10,949 bases of DNA. It comes from Candidatus Sumerlaeia bacterium. Lineage in GTDB: Bacteria; Sumerlaeota; Sumerlaeia; SLMS01. Under the pieces are notes generated by a model. That model was not told where the DNA came from. It saw only the letters and a program-made list of their open reading frames with translations, and made no database searches. This document shows, one piece after another, positions 8,418-10,949 of this stretch; positions within the stretch are counted from its first letter, which is position 1, and the number at the start of each line of letters is the position of its first letter. Location of the stretch: positions 1 through 10,949 of the forward strand of contig JBBQYG010000141.1 of the NCBI GenBank assembly GCA_038208905.1. Direction: 5' to 3'. The position numbers and the translations under genes were made by a program.

Positions 8418-10949
8418 ATGCACCACCACCGCCAACGCGGCAGTTCAGAAACCAAGGTCATCCTGGCGATGGTCGCCCTGCTGGCGATCGCGGCGGCGGC
8501 CGTGTTCCTGCGCGGGGGGAATCCAACCGGGTCGGGGAGCGGTGCCGCGGTGGATTCGCCCGATGGCGGCAGCGACGTGGCGTTGGTGGATCGCGGGGGG
8601 AAGTCGCTCCCCGGCGGTGAAGCGCCAACGGCGGGCGGCTCGGAACTGGGAAGCGACGCCGATCCGGCTCCCGTGCCGGCCGTCGCGCGTCGGCGCGCGG
8701 AGCCAGTGCTCAACATGACCTCCAATCTAACCACATCCCTGTTCACGACAAGCGACACGCTCGCGATAGGCAGCGGAACGGGGAACTTCGATGGCTCCGC
8801 CCCCGGTGTCGCTTCTGGGGAGGAATCCGCAACGCCCGAGGACGAGCGCGCCAGCATCGCGGGCGTTGTGCTCTCGCCCGACCGTGCGCCGGTGCCGGGG
8901 GTGCGCCTGCAACTGGAGGAAAACGCGAACGAGGGATGGGGCGAGGCCAAGGCCGCTTTTCTGGATCTGGCAAGCGGCGCCGACGGAACCTTCAGCCGTG
9001 GCGGCATACCGCCGGGAAGATACCAGCTCGCCGTGATTCCGCCTTCGGGATTTCCATACCGGCTTCCCAACGGCTTGAGCCTCATGCTCCACAAGGGCGA
9101 GACCCGCGATAAAATCGAGATCGTCCTCCAGCCCGGCGATCGCATCGAGGGCGTCGTTGTGGACGCGGCGGGCGAGCCGGTCGCCAAGGCCGCTGTCTCC
9201 GCGACCGTGGCGTTTGACCGCCAACAGGTGGAAACCGATGCGCAGGGGGGATTCGCCATCGAGGGTGTTCCGCCGGAGGGCGTGGTCGAGGCGCTGACGG
9301 TGGTGCACGCGGATTATCTGCCGCAGACGCGCCTGAATGTGCGCGCGCTGGATGGGACGCAGCGGTTCATCCTGCAGCAATCGAACAACATCAACCTGCA
9401 CGTGACGTGGGCGCTGGATAATACGCCGGTCACGCTGTACGCCTATCGGATGTTCCAGCCGGCGGTCACCGGGATCGACCAGCTCGCGGGGCGCGAGGAG
9501 CTGACGGTGAATTCGGAGGACGGCCGCGCGGCGCTGAATCACTTGAGATCGGGAAAGTGGCGGGCGGAGGTGACGGTGCTCGCCCCCGACGGCAATCCCA
9601 CCGACATCCGCGCGGGGGCGACGTTTGAGCTGCCGGCGGGGGAGAAGGGCCGCGACATCCCCATCCGCGTTACCGGGGGCGCCACGATCCGCGGAGTCGT
9701 CGTGCGCGAGGCCGACCGCAGTCCCATCGCCGGAGCGCGCGTCTATTTCACGAAGCCGAGCGATGGCTTTGGCCGCTTCCCCGATCCCGCCGCGGCGTTT
9801 ACGTTTCCCGAGGCCACCTCCGGCGCGCAGGGCGAGTACGAGTTCGTCGGGATGCCGCCGGGGAAGTTCACGCTCTATGCGGAATTCCACACGATGCGCG
9901 CCACGCGGCCCATCGACGTGGTGGTGGGGTACGAGGGGAACCCTGCACCCTCGGAGATCGTTGTCGCCGAGGGCGGCATCGTCTATGGCACCATCATCGG
10001 GCGCGATGGCAAGCCCGCCGTCAGTGGCCAGATATCCACCGCGTCGCTTGCCGTGAATGCCGATGGCTGGGTGAATCGCCAGAGCTTTCAGGCCGATGCC
10101 GAGGGAAGGTATCGCATCGAGGGGCTGATCCCCGGAATTCATTATCTTTGGGTGTATGTGGGTCAGGACGCCCGCGACGAGGCGATGGTGGAACTAAAGG
10201 CGGGGATGGAGGTGGAGAAGAATTTCGACTTCTCAGGCGCTATTAATATCATGGGCGTGATCACGGTGAACGGGGGCGACGCGCGGGCGTTCTTCGATCA
10301 GGCGCAGCTGGTCAGCGGGGGTTCCCACAAGGAGTGGATCCAGATCAACGCGGGCGGCTCCTACAATGCGCGCGTCACCACGCCGGGGCCTTATGTGATG
10401 GCGTTGATTGGTCCGCGCGATGTGCGCGGGTTCACGCCGCCGTTCGTGGTCACGGCGACTCCCCAGTTCCAGACGCACAATCTGGCGATCGAGGTCGCCG
10501 ACGCCCAGGTGGTTGTTGTCTATCCGGAGGACGTGACCTTCGCCCCCGGCCAGGTGATCCTGACGCCGCGCGATCCGGGAAGGCGCTATGCGTTTATCCG
10601 AATGCGCATGGAGCAGGAAAGCCAGAGCATCCTCCTAATCGGCGGCGAGTACACGGCCTCCTTTGCCACGCGCGACGGCGTGTGGCTGGGCGAGACGGAG
10701 TGGATGCGCGTGGGCGCGAGCGGCGAGAATATCTTCACCATCGACGCGCGCAAGGTTGCCAGCGGCATCCGCATCGGCGGGTGGGCGCCGGGTGAGCTTG
10801 ATCCGATCAACGTATCGACCCTGCAATTCGACGTCACCTCGATCCTGGAATCCACGGGCAGGGTCGAGGTCGTCTTGGACTACGAGACGGGCCGCCACGC
10901 GGTCGATACGCGCGCGGTGAGCCTGCTGGAGAACGGCCGCGAGATTTCC
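8418..10949 (+). CDS. Large membrane-anchored protein with multiple carboxypeptidase-regulatory-like (CarboxypepD_reg) beta-sandwich repeats, 3' truncated (>=844 aa)
   Basis: Missing from the ORF track because there is no stop in the window. Manual translation from ATG 8418 (GGGAGGA upstream): MHHHRQRGSSETKVILAMVALLAIAAAAVFL, a Gly/Ser/Pro-rich linker, then repeats SIAGVVLSPDRAPVPGVRL..GADGTF..GIPPGRY, RIEGVVVDAAGEPVAKAAV..TDAQGGFAIEGV, TIRGVVVREADRSPIAGARV..SGAQGEYEFVGMPPGKF and VYGTIIGRDGKP..ADAEGRYRIEGLIPG. The frame is open to 10949. Confidence 0.88.
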   Translation, partial: MHHHRQRGSSETKVILAMVALLAIAAAAVFLRGGNPTGSGSGAAVDSPDGGSDVALVDRGGKSLPGGEAPTAGGSELGSDADPAPVPAVARRRAEPVLNMTSNLTTSLFTTSDTLAIGSGTGNFDGSAPGVASGEESATPEDERASIAGVVLSPDRAPVPGVRLQLEENANEGWGEAKAAFLDLASGADGTFSRGGIPPGRYQLAVIPPSGFPYRLPNGLSLMLHKGETRDKIEIVLQPGDRIEGVVVDAAGEPVAKAAVSATVAFDRQQVETDAQGGFAIEGVPPEGVVEALTVVHADYLPQTRLNVRALDGTQRFILQQSNNINLHVTWALDNTPVTLYAYRMFQPAVTGIDQLAGREELTVNSEDGRAALNHLRSGKWRAEVTVLAPDGNPTDIRAGATFELPAGEKGRDIPIRVTGGATIRGVVVREADRSPIAGARVYFTKPSDGFGRFPDPAAAFTFPEATSGAQGEYEFVGMPPGKFTLYAEFHTMRATRPIDVVVGYEGNPAPSEIVVAEGGIVYGTIIGRDGKPAVSGQISTASLAVNADGWVNRQSFQADAEGRYRIEGLIPGIHYLWVYVGQDARDEAMVELKAGMEVEKNFDFSGAINIMGVITVNGGDARAFFDQAQLVSGGSHKEWIQINAGGSYNARVTTPGPYVMALIGPRDVRGFTPPFVVTATPQFQTHNLAIEVADAQVVVVYPEDVTFAPGQVILTPRDPGRRYAFIRMRMEQESQSILLIGGEYTASFATRDGVWLGETEWMRVGASGENIFTIDARKVASGIRIGGWAPGELDPINVSTLQFDVTSILESTGRVEVVLDYETGRHAVDTRAVSLLENGREIS

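Noticed and set aside
8339..10142. Minus-strand ORFs 8339..9259 and 8727..10142
   Set aside because: Shadows of the plus-strand CDS starting at 8418, which shows clear repeat domains.

Overview
High-GC bacterial chromosomal window, with no phage, IS or CRISPR elements visible. Left to right: 5' part of purH (-); a membrane-anchored hypothetical protein with calycin-like motifs (-); an AppA/OppA-type ABC solute-binding protein with no adjacent permease and a ~115-aa insertion (+); a bidirectional hairpin; secA (-, 1151 aa); an MGMT/Ogt alkyltransferase (-); an unannotated 128-aa ORF with an N-terminal hydrophobic segment and a C-terminal RGPP motif (-); a solo DUF433 gene (+) ending in a GTAG-type REP doublet; and a long carboxypeptidase-regulatory-like repeat surface protein running off the right edge (+). 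Two observations stand out, both in the same-strand RGPP-ORF/ogt/secA cluster. (1) SecA carries an N-terminal ~135-aa insertion resembling the C-terminal subdomain of acyl-CoA synthetases (AMP-binding_C), with the A10 lysine lost. (2) The RGPP ORF has the architecture of a SecM/ApdA/ApdP-type translation-arrest monitoring peptide. All family calls are by-eye motif recognition; no searches were run.
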